From Candidatus Daviesbacteria bacterium (GTDB lineage: Bacteria; Patescibacteriota; Microgenomatia; Daviesbacterales; UBA10151): a DNA stretch of 64,000 nucleotides. The DNA lies in the NCBI GenBank assembly GCA_016187035.1, contig JACPKL010000012.1:8925-72924 (forward strand). Reading direction: 5' to 3'. A program made the translations under genes and the position numbers. The notes beneath the pieces were generated by a model. It worked only from the letters and a program-made list of their open reading frames with translations, searched no databases and had not been told where the DNA came from. Below are positions 32,849 to 42,824 of the stretch, in pieces (positions within the stretch are counted from its first letter, which is position 1; the number at the start of each line of letters is the position of its first letter).

Positions 32849-34285
32849 ATGTTTGAAAAGAAAACCAAAATAATATGTACTATCGGCCCTGCCTCCTGGG
32901 ATGAAGAGACTATTGAAAAAATGGTTTTAGCAGGTATGGATATTGCCCGCTTGAATTTCTCTCATGGCGCTCATCAGGAAAAAAATGAACAGATTGAAAA
33001 GATCAGGAAAATTTCCCGGAAATTAAAGAAACGTTTAGCAGTTATGGCAGACTTACAAGGACCAAAAATCCGTTTGGGGAGAATTGATGGTGAAGCTGAA
33101 GAAGATACAGGAGATCCTAAGATATTTTTAAAAACAGGACAAATAATTAAACTCTCAACAAATCCAAAAGATGATGAACTGTCAATCCAGTATGATCTTT
33201 CTCCTTTTATGAAAGTTGGGCAAAAAATTCTTATAAATGATGGTTTGGTTGAAGGAAAAGTGATAGGTATTATTGGAAAAACACTGAAAATAGAGGTCCT
33301 AAATGATGGTTTTATCTCTTCTAATAAAGGTGTTAATGTACCTGAAACTTTGCTGCCGGAGGCTTCCTTAACTGCCAAAGATATTATTGATGCTGAGTTT
33401 GCCCTTAAAAACGGTTGCGAATACTTAGCTATTTCCTTTGTCCAAACAATCCAGGATATAGAAAAAGGCAGAAAACTTATTAAAAAATATAATCCTAAAA
33501 CTAAACTTGTAATCAAGCTGGAAAAACCTCAGGCTATTAAAAATCTGGAAAATATTATAAAAGCTACAGATGTGGTAATGATAGCCCGTGGTGACTTGGC
33601 AATTGAAACTAAAGCTTCTGAGGTACCTTTGCTGCAGCTGGAGATCATCAGGCTTTCAAGACAATATCAAAAACCAGTGATAGTGGCCACCCAGATGCTT
33701 GAATCAATGATAGAACATGCCCGTCCTACCAGGGCTGAAGTGTCTGATGTGGCAAATGCTGTGTTATCCGAGGTAGATGCAGTGACTCTTTCCGCAGAAT
33801 CTGCAAATGGTAAATACCCTGTAGAAACTGTTCATGTTATGAATGATATTATTCATACAATTGAGAAAAATCCTACATACAGGCACTATATTAAGGTCAA
33901 CTGGGAGCAAATAACCCGGGAAAGTTTAACTTTAAATGCTATAGTATCAGCTGCCTCAGCTTTATCTTACCGGGCAGGGGCTAAACTGATTGTGGTTGCA
34001 ACATCAACAGGCCAAACAGCGCAGCTTATTTCCTCATTCAGGCCAACCTCCTCAATTTTAGCCGTGTCATATAATCAATATGTAGCTAATCAGTTAGCTT
34101 TAGTCTGGGGAGTAGAATCAATTGTAATTGAAAAGATGGATGATGCTGATGAGTTTGCCAAAAAGATTATTCACCAGGTTAAAAATTTACATATTCTTAA
34201 ACCCGGAGATAAATTTGTACTGGTAGTTGGTACTCATGTTGGAAAAAGCGGTGATATTGATACTGTCAGGTTAGTTACTTTCTAA
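32849..34285 (+). CDS. pyk: pyruvate kinase
   Basis: KIICTIGPAS, ARLNFSHG, MIARGDLAIE and ATQMLESM motifs. Confidence 0.9.
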   Translation: MFEKKTKIICTIGPASWDEETIEKMVLAGMDIARLNFSHGAHQEKNEQIEKIRKISRKLKKRLAVMADLQGPKIRLGRIDGEAEEDTGDPKIFLKTGQIIKLSTNPKDDELSIQYDLSPFMKVGQKILINDGLVEGKVIGIIGKTLKIEVLNDGFISSNKGVNVPETLLPEASLTAKDIIDAEFALKNGCEYLAISFVQTIQDIEKGRKLIKKYNPKTKLVIKLEKPQAIKNLENIIKATDVVMIARGDLAIETKASEVPLLQLEIIRLSRQYQKPVIVATQMLESMIEHARPTRAEVSDVANAVLSEVDAVTLSAESANGKYPVETVHVMNDIIHTIEKNPTYRHYIKVNWEQITRESLTLNAIVSAASALSYRAGAKLIVVATSTGQTAQLISSFRPTSSILAVSYNQYVANQLALVWGVESIVIEKMDDADEFAKKIIHQVKNLHILKPGDKFVLVVGTHVGKSGDIDTVRLVTF

Positions 34286-34328
34286 AAGAATAATCTTGTA
34301 ATTACACCTGCAATAGTTTTATCATTAA

Positions 34329-36707
34329 TTGATGTTTCAAAAGAAATTGGTTGCTTGGTTTGATGAGCTGACTATTAAAGATGTCTCCTTGGTTGGCGGG
34401 AAAAATGCTTCTTTAGGGGAGATGTATCAGAAATTAACCCAAAAAGGGGTTGATATTCCTTATGGGTTTGCAATCACTTCTTTTGCTTACAGGCTGTTTT
34501 TAAAAGAAAATGGCCTGGATGAAAAAATCAGGGAGATTTTAAAGGATCTGGATACAAAAAGCATATCCAATTTAAAGATAAGGGGTCAAAAAATCCGCTC
34601 TCTAATTTTAAACTCCCATATTCCAAAGGAAGTAGAACAGGAAATTATAGATTATTATAAAAAACTATCCCAAAAATATCATACCCTAAATGTAGGTGTA
34701 GCTGTGCGCTCATCTGCCACAGCTGAGGATCTGCCTGATGCTTCTTTTGCCGGCCAGCAGGCCACTTTTTTAAACATCAGCGGTAATAATCATCTTTTAA
34801 AATCTGTTAAAGAATGTTTCGCTTCGCTTTTTACCAACAGGGCTATTTCTTACCGTACAGATAAAGGGTTTGGCCATCTTAAAGTTTATCTTTCAGTGGG
34901 AATCCAGAAAATGGTCTCATCTGATAAAGCCTCATCAGGTGTGATGTTTACTTTAGACCCTGATACTGGATTTAGGAATGTGGTAGTAATCAACAGCGCC
35001 TGGGGACTGGGTGAGCTGGTTGTCCAGGGCCAGGTGATTCCTGATGAGATAATGGTATTTAAACCAACCAAAGCCATCATATCTAAAAATTTAGGTTCCA
35101 AGGATGAATCTTTAATTTATGATGGTGAGAACAAAACCAGATTAATAAAAAATTCACCGCAGTTAAAGCAGCAATTTACTTTAAGTGACAAAGAAATTTT
35201 ACAGTTGTCTGAATGGGCAATCCAAATTGAGAATCATTATAAAAAGCCTATGGATATTGAATGGGCAAAAGACGGGGAAACTAACAGGATGTATATTGTC
35301 CAGGCCAGGCCGGAAACAATCCATGCTGCCAAAAACATCTCTTTTATGGAAGATTATCAAATGCACCGTCATGGAAAATTACTGGCTCAGGGTATAGCTG
35401 TTGGCACTAAAATTGCCCAGGGCAAAGCCCATGTTATCCAAAGCGCTGCCCAAATAGGTCAGTTTAAGCAGGGTGAGGTGCTGGTTACTAAAATTACCGA
35501 TCCGGACTGGGAGCCGATTATGAAGAAAGCCCAGGCAATTGTGACAGATGAAGGGGGCAGGACATCCCATGCTGCAATAGTCTCCAGGGAATTGGGAATC
35601 CCCTGTATTGTGGGCACGCAAAACAGCACTAAGTGCCTTGAAAATTCCCAAACAGTTACAGCTGACTGTTCAAACGGCGCTAATGGTTTAGTTTATGAGG
35701 GAGAAGGAGAATGGGAGGTTAAAAAATATTCTGTTTCCAATATAAAGAGGCCAAAAACTAAAATTATGATAAATATTGGCTCTCCTGATGAGGCTTTTAA
35801 GAATTCATTTTTACCAAATGACGGTGTGGGGCTGGCCAGGGAAGAATTTATTATTGCTTCAAAGATTAAAATTCATCCACAGGCCCTATTAAATTATGAT
35901 AGTTTAGATAAAAATACCAAAGCAGAAATTGATAAATTAACAACAGGTTACAAAGATAAAACTAAATATTACATAGATAAGTTAGCCTCAGGAATTGCCC
36001 GGATAGGAGCTGCTTTTTATCCAAAACCTGTGATTGTCCGTTTTTCTGATTTTAAAACAAATGAATACTCCTCTTTAATAGGAGGAAAACTGTTTGAGCC
36101 CAAAGAAGAAAATCCGATGATTGGTTTCAGAGGCGCTTCACGCTACTATGATCCCCGCTTTGAACAATCTTTTGGTTTGGAATGTCAGGCTATAAAAAAG
36201 GTAAGGGAGGGGTGGGGATTAACAAATGTGATTGTGATGATTCCTTTTTGCCGGACTTTGCAAGAGGGCAAAAAAGTTTTGGAAACCATGGCCAAATACG
36301 GCTTAAAAAAAGGGCAAAAAGGTTTGAAAGTATATATGATGGCAGAAATCCCCTCAGATATAATTTTGGCAGATGAATTTTTGAAGATATTTGATGGGTT
36401 TAGCATTGGCTCAAATGACCTGACCCAGCTCACTTTAGGAATGGACCGGGACAATGCAGATCTTTCAAAAATTGCCAATGAACAAGATCCTGCTGTGAAA
36501 CAGTTAATAGAAAAGGTGATTAAGGTCAGCAAGGTACATAAAAAGTATGTTGGGATCTGCGGCCAGGCCCCCTCGGATTACCCGGAATTTGCCAAATTTT
36601 TAGTCAGGCTGGGAATTGAGAGCATCTCCTTAAACCCGGATACAGTCATCAAAACCACCCTGGCCATCCTCTCTGCAGAAAAATTACGTTCAAACCCCAG
36701 GGGTTGA
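34329..36707 (+). CDS. ppsA: phosphoenolpyruvate synthase (pyruvate, water dikinase)
   Basis: ATP-grasp N-terminus (VGGKNASLGEM), phosphohistidine domain GGRTSHAAIVSRELGIPCIVG and C-terminal PEP-utilising TIM domain. The last 5 codons and the stop lie in a repeat. Confidence 0.9.
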   Translation: MMFQKKLVAWFDELTIKDVSLVGGKNASLGEMYQKLTQKGVDIPYGFAITSFAYRLFLKENGLDEKIREILKDLDTKSISNLKIRGQKIRSLILNSHIPKEVEQEIIDYYKKLSQKYHTLNVGVAVRSSATAEDLPDASFAGQQATFLNISGNNHLLKSVKECFASLFTNRAISYRTDKGFGHLKVYLSVGIQKMVSSDKASSGVMFTLDPDTGFRNVVVINSAWGLGELVVQGQVIPDEIMVFKPTKAIISKNLGSKDESLIYDGENKTRLIKNSPQLKQQFTLSDKEILQLSEWAIQIENHYKKPMDIEWAKDGETNRMYIVQARPETIHAAKNISFMEDYQMHRHGKLLAQGIAVGTKIAQGKAHVIQSAAQIGQFKQGEVLVTKITDPDWEPIMKKAQAIVTDEGGRTSHAAIVSRELGIPCIVGTQNSTKCLENSQTVTADCSNGANGLVYEGEGEWEVKKYSVSNIKRPKTKIMINIGSPDEAFKNSFLPNDGVGLAREEFIIASKIKIHPQALLNYDSLDKNTKAEIDKLTTGYKDKTKYYIDKLASGIARIGAAFYPKPVIVRFSDFKTNEYSSLIGGKLFEPKEENPMIGFRGASRYYDPRFEQSFGLECQAIKKVREGWGLTNVIVMIPFCRTLQEGKKVLETMAKYGLKKGQKGLKVYMMAEIPSDIILADEFLKIFDGFSIGSNDLTQLTLGMDRDNADLSKIANEQDPAVKQLIEKVIKVSKVHKKYVGICGQAPSDYPEFAKFLVRLGIESISLNPDTVIKTTLAILSAEKLRSNPRG

Positions 36708-36733
36708 TTAGCTTTGAACCCCAGGAATTTAGG
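36688..36733 (+). repeat. interspersed repeat family 3 (GTTCAAACCCCAGGGGTTGA.TAGCTTTGAACCCCAGGAAT)
   Basis: Near-identical copies lie at 51762..51807, 54667..54695 (partial), 55924..55959 and, inverted, 63825..63864. Confidence 0.85.
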
Positions 36734-36785
36734 AGCCAACTGAAACAAAAACAACACCTGCATTCTACGCTCAGTACAAGATGGC

Positions 36786-36835
36786 CTGCAACCGATTCGG
36801 CCTGAGGCTCACGGCCGAAGGCCTCTCAGGTTGCA
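36786..36835. terminator. GC-rich compound hairpin between convergent ppsA and dinB
   Basis: ctgcaacc ... ggttgca encloses ggccgaaggcc. There is no clean U-run on either side, so a terminator role is only plausible. Confidence 0.3.
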
Positions 36836-36934
36836 TCGTAAATTTCACTGCCCAGAGAGGTACCTATTTAAGATCAAATACATTTACCCCTGAATTCCCC
36901 AACAAATTACCACAAGGCACCATACTCCCAGAAG

Positions 36935-38224
36935 TCACATCCTAAATCTTCTGTCTGTTAAAAAAGGATTAGGTTTTCTCTTGATTTTAACAGAAGTTAA
37001 TAAAATCCCTCTTTGCAGGGTAAAATCCCCATATTTGTTATTTATTCTGTCCAAAGTTTTAATAATGGTTTCTTGTTTCTGTACCTCAGGTAACAGGCTG
37101 ATTGTTTGACCAGTAACCTCTTTTAAGTTGGAGATAGATACACCTATCATCCTTATTTTGTTTCCGTTCCAGATCTGCTGAAAAATTCTCAAACCAGCCT
37201 TAAAAATTTCCAGCCCATCTTGGGTAGGAAAAATAGTTGCCTGCATCCCATCTCCATTAAATCCTACCTCGGAGGTAGGAATACGATGAGACGTAGGGTT
37301 TAATGCTTCTCTGTACCAACAGCTGACTGTTTTCCCTACCAGTTTTTTGTCCCTTAACCTTTTACCAACCATCTCACAAATTTTCAGAAGGATTTGTTTT
37401 ATTTCCAAAAGATCATCAGTATCATGAGAAATAGTATGTCTGTGGCCTATTGATTTAACTTCTTCCTTTGTAAAAAAAGGGGTCACAATAGAATCAGCTA
37501 TCCCCCTTGATATGTTATATAACATTAAACCCTGATGAGGCTTGAAAGAAGCAATTAAAGCTTTAAGCGGTACTGACCTTAGCTGAGCAAAGTTAAACAC
37601 TCCCATATTGTTTAATCTTTTTTTAAGTCTGTCTCCAATCCCGCAAATCTCATCTAAACCCACTCTGTCCAAAATAAACCGGGCAGCATCAGTATCTGCT
37701 ATCATCACTAGTCCATCTGGCTTATATAAGGATCCAGCCAGTTTAGCCATTAGTTTGTTATAGGAAATACCAATGGAACAGGTAATGTATTCCCCTACTT
37801 CAGTTCTGATTCTGGATTTGATCTGCTGAGCAAGCTCTAAAAAGGAAGCTACACCTCGGAGGTGTACTGAAGGTAACTCAAGGAATACTTCATCAATTGA
37901 GAATATCTCCAAATTAGGGGAATAATCTTTTAAAATATTTAAAAATCTCTTGGTGGTTTCCAGATATTTATCGCAGTCTCCTTTAATTAAAATTATCTGA
38001 GGACAAAGCTCCTTAGCTTCCCAAATCTGCATACCTGTTTTAACCCCAAATTCTTTGGCCTCTTGAGAAGCTGCACCAATAACTGTTCTTTTCATCCTGT
38101 CTCCCCCTGTTACCCCAATCGGTTTACCTCTAAGTCTGGGATTAGCTTGTTGCTCAACTGTGGCAAAGTATGAGTTAAAATCAATATGAAAAATTACTCT
38201 TCCTCTACTGTCTCCAAACTCCAT
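36935..38224 (-). CDS. dinB: Y-family DNA polymerase IV with an in-frame 48-nt REP copy in the little-finger region
   Basis: IFHIDFNSYFATVEQ, SIDEVFLE and the C-terminal IRMIGVSISNL are present. The segment EALNPTSHRIPTSEVG is encoded by REP 37262..37309. Confidence 0.85.
   Translation of the reverse strand: MEFGDSRGRVIFHIDFNSYFATVEQQANPRLRGKPIGVTGGDRMKRTVIGAASQEAKEFGVKTGMQIWEAKELCPQIILIKGDCDKYLETTKRFLNILKDYSPNLEIFSIDEVFLELPSVHLRGVASFLELAQQIKSRIRTEVGEYITCSIGISYNKLMAKLAGSLYKPDGLVMIADTDAARFILDRVGLDEICGIGDRLKKRLNNMGVFNFAQLRSVPLKALIASFKPHQGLMLYNISRGIADSIVTPFFTKEEVKSIGHRHTISHDTDDLLEIKQILLKICEMVGKRLRDKKLVGKTVSCWYREALNPTSHRIPTSEVGFNGDGMQATIFPTQDGLEIFKAGLRIFQQIWNGNKIRMIGVSISNLKEVTGQTISLLPEVQKQETIIKTLDRINNKYGDFTLQRGILLTSVKIKRKPNPFLTDRRFRM
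37262..37309 (+). repeat. REP-like element (subtype B) inside dinB
   Basis: tcctacctcggaggtaggaatacgatgagacgtagggtttaatgcttc is identical at 47 of 48 positions to the intergenic copy 38486..38533. Confidence 0.9.
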
Positions 38225-38445
38225 TTTAGTTTGTTTACATCAAATCTAAGGCAATAGAAATTTCCTCCTGAGGATATGGAAAAATGATAAAAAATATTAA
38301 CTCCTTCTTTGGAAGTATGGACTAAATTAATTTTTTCCACCTTAATTTGCCTGCCTTTCCAAAAAAAGCACCAAGGTTGGACAGCAGAACCTGTAAAAAG
38401 TACCCATACATTAATAGGTTCATTAAACTGATTCATTCCTTCCAC
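38194..38445 (-). CDS. hypothetical small protein upstream of and overlapping dinB
   Basis: 83-aa ORF overlapping the dinB start by 31 nt, which suggests an operon. No motif recognised. Confidence 0.4.
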   Translation of the reverse strand: MEGMNQFNEPINVWVLFTGSAVQPWCFFWKGRQIKVEKINLVHTSKEGVNIFYHFSISSGGNFYCLRFDVNKLKWSLETVEEE

Positions 38446-38485
38446 ATTACACCCAAAAATTACCCGAAGTCAATACCCAAAACCC

Positions 38486-38533
38486 TCCTACCTCGGAGGT
38501 AGGATTACGATGAGACGTAGGGTTTAATGCTTC
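38486..38533 (+). repeat. REP-like element (subtype B), intergenic
   Basis: See 37262..37309. It is in the same orientation and lies at the boundary of the G+C-richer operon. Confidence 0.9.
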
Positions 38534-38543
38534 AGTCAAGAGG

Positions 38544-38882
38544 CTATTCTGAGGTAGAATCTTTTCTGCGCAACCTTTGCCATATTACCACACCACCAAC
38601 TATACCTGCTAAAGAAGCCACTCCAATTCCAACATACAACATAACACCTCTATGAGTGGCTAAGGCAACAGCATCCTGACCAAAACGGATAATGCGGTTT
38701 GTAATGTCAGGCCGAGGCTGCAGAAACTTATCTGCCATAGCTCTTAGCTGTTCCGGATCAACAGCCTGCGGGGTTTCAGTAATATTGATCTCTTGGGGGA
38801 TAGCATCAGGCGGCCCTAGGTGGCCACCCTCACCAGCCAATTGTTCTCCATAATCAGTTTCACGTTCAAGACCTAAACTCAT
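38544..38882 (-). CDS. C-terminally anchored small membrane protein (last gene of the KS operon)
   Basis: 112 aa with an acidic N-terminal part and the TM helix VMLYVGIGVASLAGIVGGVVIW near the C-terminus. Confidence 0.5.
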   Translation of the reverse strand: MSLGLERETDYGEQLAGEGGHLGPPDAIPQEINITETPQAVDPEQLRAMADKFLQPRPDITNRIIRFGQDAVALATHRGVMLYVGIGVASLAGIVGGVVIWQRLRRKDSTSE

Positions 38883-38948
38883 TTATATGGGCTATCTTAA
38901 CAAATCAGTCTGGAAAAGTAAATTTTTTGTTGTAAGGTCCTTAATGAT

Positions 38949-40289
38949 TTAATAGGAAAACATCCCCATAACTCTGGGATGATTGAAGATAATTGAATTA
39001 TTATGTCCTCCAAATCCAAAAGTATTTGACATAGACCTATTATATTTTCTGTAAAGAGCTTTATTAGGAACTAAATTCATTCCTTCGCTAATGGCATTTA
39101 TTAAATTAATAGTTGGAGGAATAATTCCTGCCTCCATAGCCTTTAAAGTAATAACTGCCTCAACTCCACCTGCACCTCCTAAGATATGCCCTATCATGGA
39201 TTTGGATGAACTGATATAAAGCCTGGCTGTATGATCTCCAAATACTTCAGTAATTCCTTCTAATTCCTTTCTATCGCCGATTGGGGTGGATGTTCCATGA
39301 GCATTAATATAATCAATATCAGATGGATTCAAGTAGGCATAAGCCAAAGCATTTCTCATAGCTCTGACAGCACCTTCTCCGCTGGGAGCTGTATCATGAA
39401 AAGCATCAGCAGTATCAGCATAATCGGCAAATTCAGCATAAATTTTGGCGCCTCGGGCTTTGGCATCAGGGTATCTTTCTAAAACAACTATACCAGCGCC
39501 TTCACCTTGTATGAATCCTGCAGCTCCTTGATCAAAAGGAGTGCTGGCTTTATCAGCTGAATCATTTCTTCTGGAAAGAGCGCGCATGTTATTAAAAGCA
39601 GCATAAGCCACCGGATGAAATGCCGAATCAACACCCCCGCTAACCATTACATCAGCTCTTCTTGCCCTCAGTTTATCTAAAGCATCACCCATAGCCATGC
39701 CTGATGAGGCGCAAGCAGATACGGTAACTGCAGCAGGCCCTTTAAGCTGAAATTTCTGACTTGGGACTATCTCAACTCTGTCTGCTAATATAATTTGCAT
39801 AGCAATAGCAGGAACTCTATTATCCCCACGCTGGTCTATAATTTTTTGAACCTCAGCAATGTAGGTGGATCCGCCTATTCCAGTTCCCAACCTAATGCCA
39901 ATACGGCCAGGTTCTATTCCATCAAGAGGACGATAGTCAGAACCAAGTTTGTCGATTTCAGTTAATTCCACCAATCTGCTAAGATCGGTTAGTAAACCAG
40001 CATCTTGTAAAGCTTCCGCAACTGCTACAGTAGATAGAGCAGCTGAACGATGAACTCTTCTTAAATCCCTGGGAGTTAAAAACGGGTTAGGATCAAATCC
40101 CTTAACTTGCGCAGCTAATTTGACTTGACTATTTAGTAATGGCTCATTTGGATCTAGTGGTTCATATAAACCTACGCCTGATCTACCTTCCTTAACAGCC
40201 TGCAGTGTATCCCTAGCATTTAAAGCTAAAGGGTTTACAGTGCCAACTCCAGTAACTACAATAATATCCTCTTCTGGTCTTCTTCTCAT
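38949..40289 (-). CDS. beta-ketoacyl synthase (FabF/FabB-like KS)
   Basis: Active-site Cys context VSACASSGMAMGDA, His motifs NAHGTSTPIGD and SMIGHILGGAGG, and a thiolase fold length of 446 aa. Confidence 0.85.
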   Translation of the reverse strand: MRRRPEEDIIVVTGVGTVNPLALNARDTLQAVKEGRSGVGLYEPLDPNEPLLNSQVKLAAQVKGFDPNPFLTPRDLRRVHRSAALSTVAVAEALQDAGLLTDLSRLVELTEIDKLGSDYRPLDGIEPGRIGIRLGTGIGGSTYIAEVQKIIDQRGDNRVPAIAMQIILADRVEIVPSQKFQLKGPAAVTVSACASSGMAMGDALDKLRARRADVMVSGGVDSAFHPVAYAAFNNMRALSRRNDSADKASTPFDQGAAGFIQGEGAGIVVLERYPDAKARGAKIYAEFADYADTADAFHDTAPSGEGAVRAMRNALAYAYLNPSDIDYINAHGTSTPIGDRKELEGITEVFGDHTARLYISSSKSMIGHILGGAGGVEAVITLKAMEAGIIPPTINLINAISEGMNLVPNKALYRKYNRSMSNTFGFGGHNNSIIFNHPRVMGMFSY

Positions 40290-40290
40290 T

Positions 40291-41172
40291 TTAATTAGGT
40301 TTTTGGAAAATCCATCTGACTGATTGTCTTGTTAAAGGTTTTGACCTCCCATAGCTTAGCTGTAATTCCCTGCTGAATTCTTCTAAGGAAGGTTGCCCAT
40401 TTTCAAATATAAAACTGTTTCTAACTCCCTCTACCCATCCTGAGTATTGATTAATATCAACTAATGCTTGGGTTGGATAAGTTACCGGTACAACTTGATA
40501 ATATACTAATACCAATCCGGCATTTTCTCCCATCTGAGTATATTCTGCTGGGGCTCTTTGTAAAAGACCGGGCTTTTCAGCTTTGGTAACTCTACCAAAC
40601 TTCATGGCTGCTCTTCCTGCTGGCATAGCCCATAATGTCTCATTATCAGCTGTAGCAATATCAGTAAATTCACTATTTACTACCACAATTCCCCGTGGTC
40701 TTAAAATTCGTGCACCAGCGCTAATAACAGAAGTCTGATCATCTGGTGGGACTTCATGTATAGTACCCAATATTGAGACCATATCTACACCATCTTCCGG
40801 GATTTGCCCATTTAACAAAACTTCAATATCCTGACCAAACCCTTTTATCCAATGCGCTTTGAATCTGTCAGATGATGGTGTATCTTTTTCGGCCTGTGCG
40901 AGAGCATACGGATCTGGATCAACACACCACATAACAGCTTCTCTTAAGAAAATTTCCGTCATACCTTTGACTAGCTGGGCAGCTAAACCATTTCCTGATC
41001 CAATGTCCACACCAGTAAATCTTGCAGAAAGATAAAGCATAGCCTCTAACATTAGTTCAGCATTTTCTCTTCTATAAGGATAATGTCTGGAAAAAGCAGT
41101 ATAATTCATACCTTCTTTTTGAAGGGTATGGTAAATTTTCGGAGATTGTTCTACTCGTTCACCTACAGCCAT
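40291..41172 (-). CDS. class I SAM-dependent methyltransferase
   Basis: Motif I VDIGSGNGLAAQ, and a later acidic loop consistent with a Rossmann-fold MTase. Confidence 0.65.
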   Translation of the reverse strand: MAVGERVEQSPKIYHTLQKEGMNYTAFSRHYPYRRENAELMLEAMLYLSARFTGVDIGSGNGLAAQLVKGMTEIFLREAVMWCVDPDPYALAQAEKDTPSSDRFKAHWIKGFGQDIEVLLNGQIPEDGVDMVSILGTIHEVPPDDQTSVISAGARILRPRGIVVVNSEFTDIATADNETLWAMPAGRAAMKFGRVTKAEKPGLLQRAPAEYTQMGENAGLVLVYYQVVPVTYPTQALVDINQYSGWVEGVRNSFIFENGQPSLEEFSRELQLSYGRSKPLTRQSVRWIFQKPN

Positions 41173-41194
41173 ATTACTTCACCGTAGTTGCCCA

Positions 41195-42823
41195 TTATCC
41201 TAATATCATCCTTCCCAGACTGATAACTCTGCCTATACCACGTATTGGAGATAATCTGCAATCAATGCCTAAAACTTTAGCTACCACCTGATCATCTACT
41301 CTTATATTTACATCTCCCCTAAATCTGTTTTTTCCTTCCCCTTCAGCTAAAACCGCCTCCATTTCCAGCTGCTCACCAGGATAAACATCCCTAAGATATT
41401 CAACCGGTCCTCTGACTCCACTAAATAAAGGTAAAACATCTTTAACACCTTCTCTAAAAAGGTAAGCTAAACCTAAAGTTTGTGCAGCAGCTTCAATTAA
41501 TCGGTCAAAACCCATACCTCTTCGCCTAGGCGCTGCCCATGCTCTTTCTTCAAACTGTAACCCTTTAATCGAGGCGACTTCTGTATTGCCTATTTTTAAA
41601 GACGCATCAGGATGATCAATCTCGATTGATAATCTGTCTCCTGGCAGTACAGGAATTTTAAATGCAATAGGTCCTTCAATCCTAGCGAGCCTGGGATCTA
41701 TAACTTCTCCATGGGTAATATTTGCAAAGTTATTCTCTGCAACTTCTTCGCAAGCAGCTATCATTTTATGCCCGGGAAAAACTGAGATGCCAAATTCCGG
41801 GGTAAAATGGCCTATTGTATGATTTCTCCTCACATCCAAAATAGCTCTATCTGAACTGCTATCCAGACTTCCATCTGCATCATCAAAGTGAAATCTGGTA
41901 TCTTTTTCCCGGACTCTGTAATAGCCAACAAATCTTTGTCTATCAAGCCCGACCAGCCTGTTGACATAGCGGGTTTCGCCACTATACATCGGTAACACAT
42001 CCGGCATTTCACCTGGTCTGATTTGAGGAACTCCTACAAATACTATATCTTCATCTGCAAAATCACCCTCAGCCATAAAGGCTATAGCATTTGCCATATC
42101 TGCAATTGTAGGAAGCTTACCGCCTTCTGCAGTTTGCTCCACTGCCTGCATAGCTTCAGGATTCATTCTTCTTAACAATTTGATCGTGGTAGTGCCTTCT
42201 ATGGCATGGCCGCAGACTGAACCAAACGTAACATGTTCTCCAGCTTGTTGATCAAATTGATTGTAGTCTCTTGTTGCCTTTTTTAATAATTGTTCACCCA
42301 GTTTTTTCCCTATTGCTACAGGAGTGTATTGGGGTAATTGTTCAATTCCAGTATGGTAAAAAGTTGACCAAAGACTAGGGACATCAATTACAACACTTCT
42401 ACCTTGTAATATTCTAGCTAGCTCTGCTTCTTGAAATAAGTAAAGTTTTGAATAACCGTTCACTTCCAGATGATAATTAGGGCTGGCTTCTAAAAGGTCT
42501 TTTTCCATTCCACCGGCATGATTAAAAATAATTCCATCTATCTTGCCAAAGTCTTGTTTTATTTGGGCAAGTAAACTGGCACGATGCTCAGGTCTGGTAA
42601 CATCAGCAACAGGTGCAACCATTCTTCCGCCAATTTCTTCAACCTGTCTGACTACTTCAGCTGCCCTAGAATCTTTACCTGGATCTCGATGGGGTCCAAT
42701 TACCACAGCTCCTCTTCTGGCAAGCTCTAAAGCTGTTGCAGCCCCAATTCCTCTTGAAGCTCCTGTTAAAAGAAATACCTGTCCAGTTAATGGTTTTCCA
42801 GTTAGTGATTCTGGCATTGACAT
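41195..42823 (-). CDS. fusion protein: N-terminal SDR-type reductase plus C-terminal FabZ/FabA-like hotdog dehydratase
   Basis: N-terminus LTGASRGIGAATALELARRGA (TGxxxGxG). The C-terminal half has HTIGHFTPEFGISVFPGHKMIAACEEVAE, which resembles the FabZ GHFP..P..PG...E motif, followed by a second hotdog-like segment. Confidence 0.6.
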   Translation of the reverse strand: MSMPESLTGKPLTGQVFLLTGASRGIGAATALELARRGAVVIGPHRDPGKDSRAAEVVRQVEEIGGRMVAPVADVTRPEHRASLLAQIKQDFGKIDGIIFNHAGGMEKDLLEASPNYHLEVNGYSKLYLFQEAELARILQGRSVVIDVPSLWSTFYHTGIEQLPQYTPVAIGKKLGEQLLKKATRDYNQFDQQAGEHVTFGSVCGHAIEGTTTIKLLRRMNPEAMQAVEQTAEGGKLPTIADMANAIAFMAEGDFADEDIVFVGVPQIRPGEMPDVLPMYSGETRYVNRLVGLDRQRFVGYYRVREKDTRFHFDDADGSLDSSSDRAILDVRRNHTIGHFTPEFGISVFPGHKMIAACEEVAENNFANITHGEVIDPRLARIEGPIAFKIPVLPGDRLSIEIDHPDASLKIGNTEVASIKGLQFEERAWAAPRRRGMGFDRLIEAAAQTLGLAYLFREGVKDVLPLFSGVRGPVEYLRDVYPGEQLEMEAVLAEGEGKNRFRGDVNIRVDDQVVAKVLGIDCRLSPIRGIGRVISLGRMILG

Positions 42824-42824
42824 G

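Noticed and set aside
32974-33516. A 180-aa ORF antisense to pyk, and similar antisense ORFs in eno, ppsA, the KS operon and the ABC genes.
   Set aside because: Each lies opposite a gene with strong motif support and has low-complexity or hydrophobic composition typical of antisense frames in AT-rich DNA.
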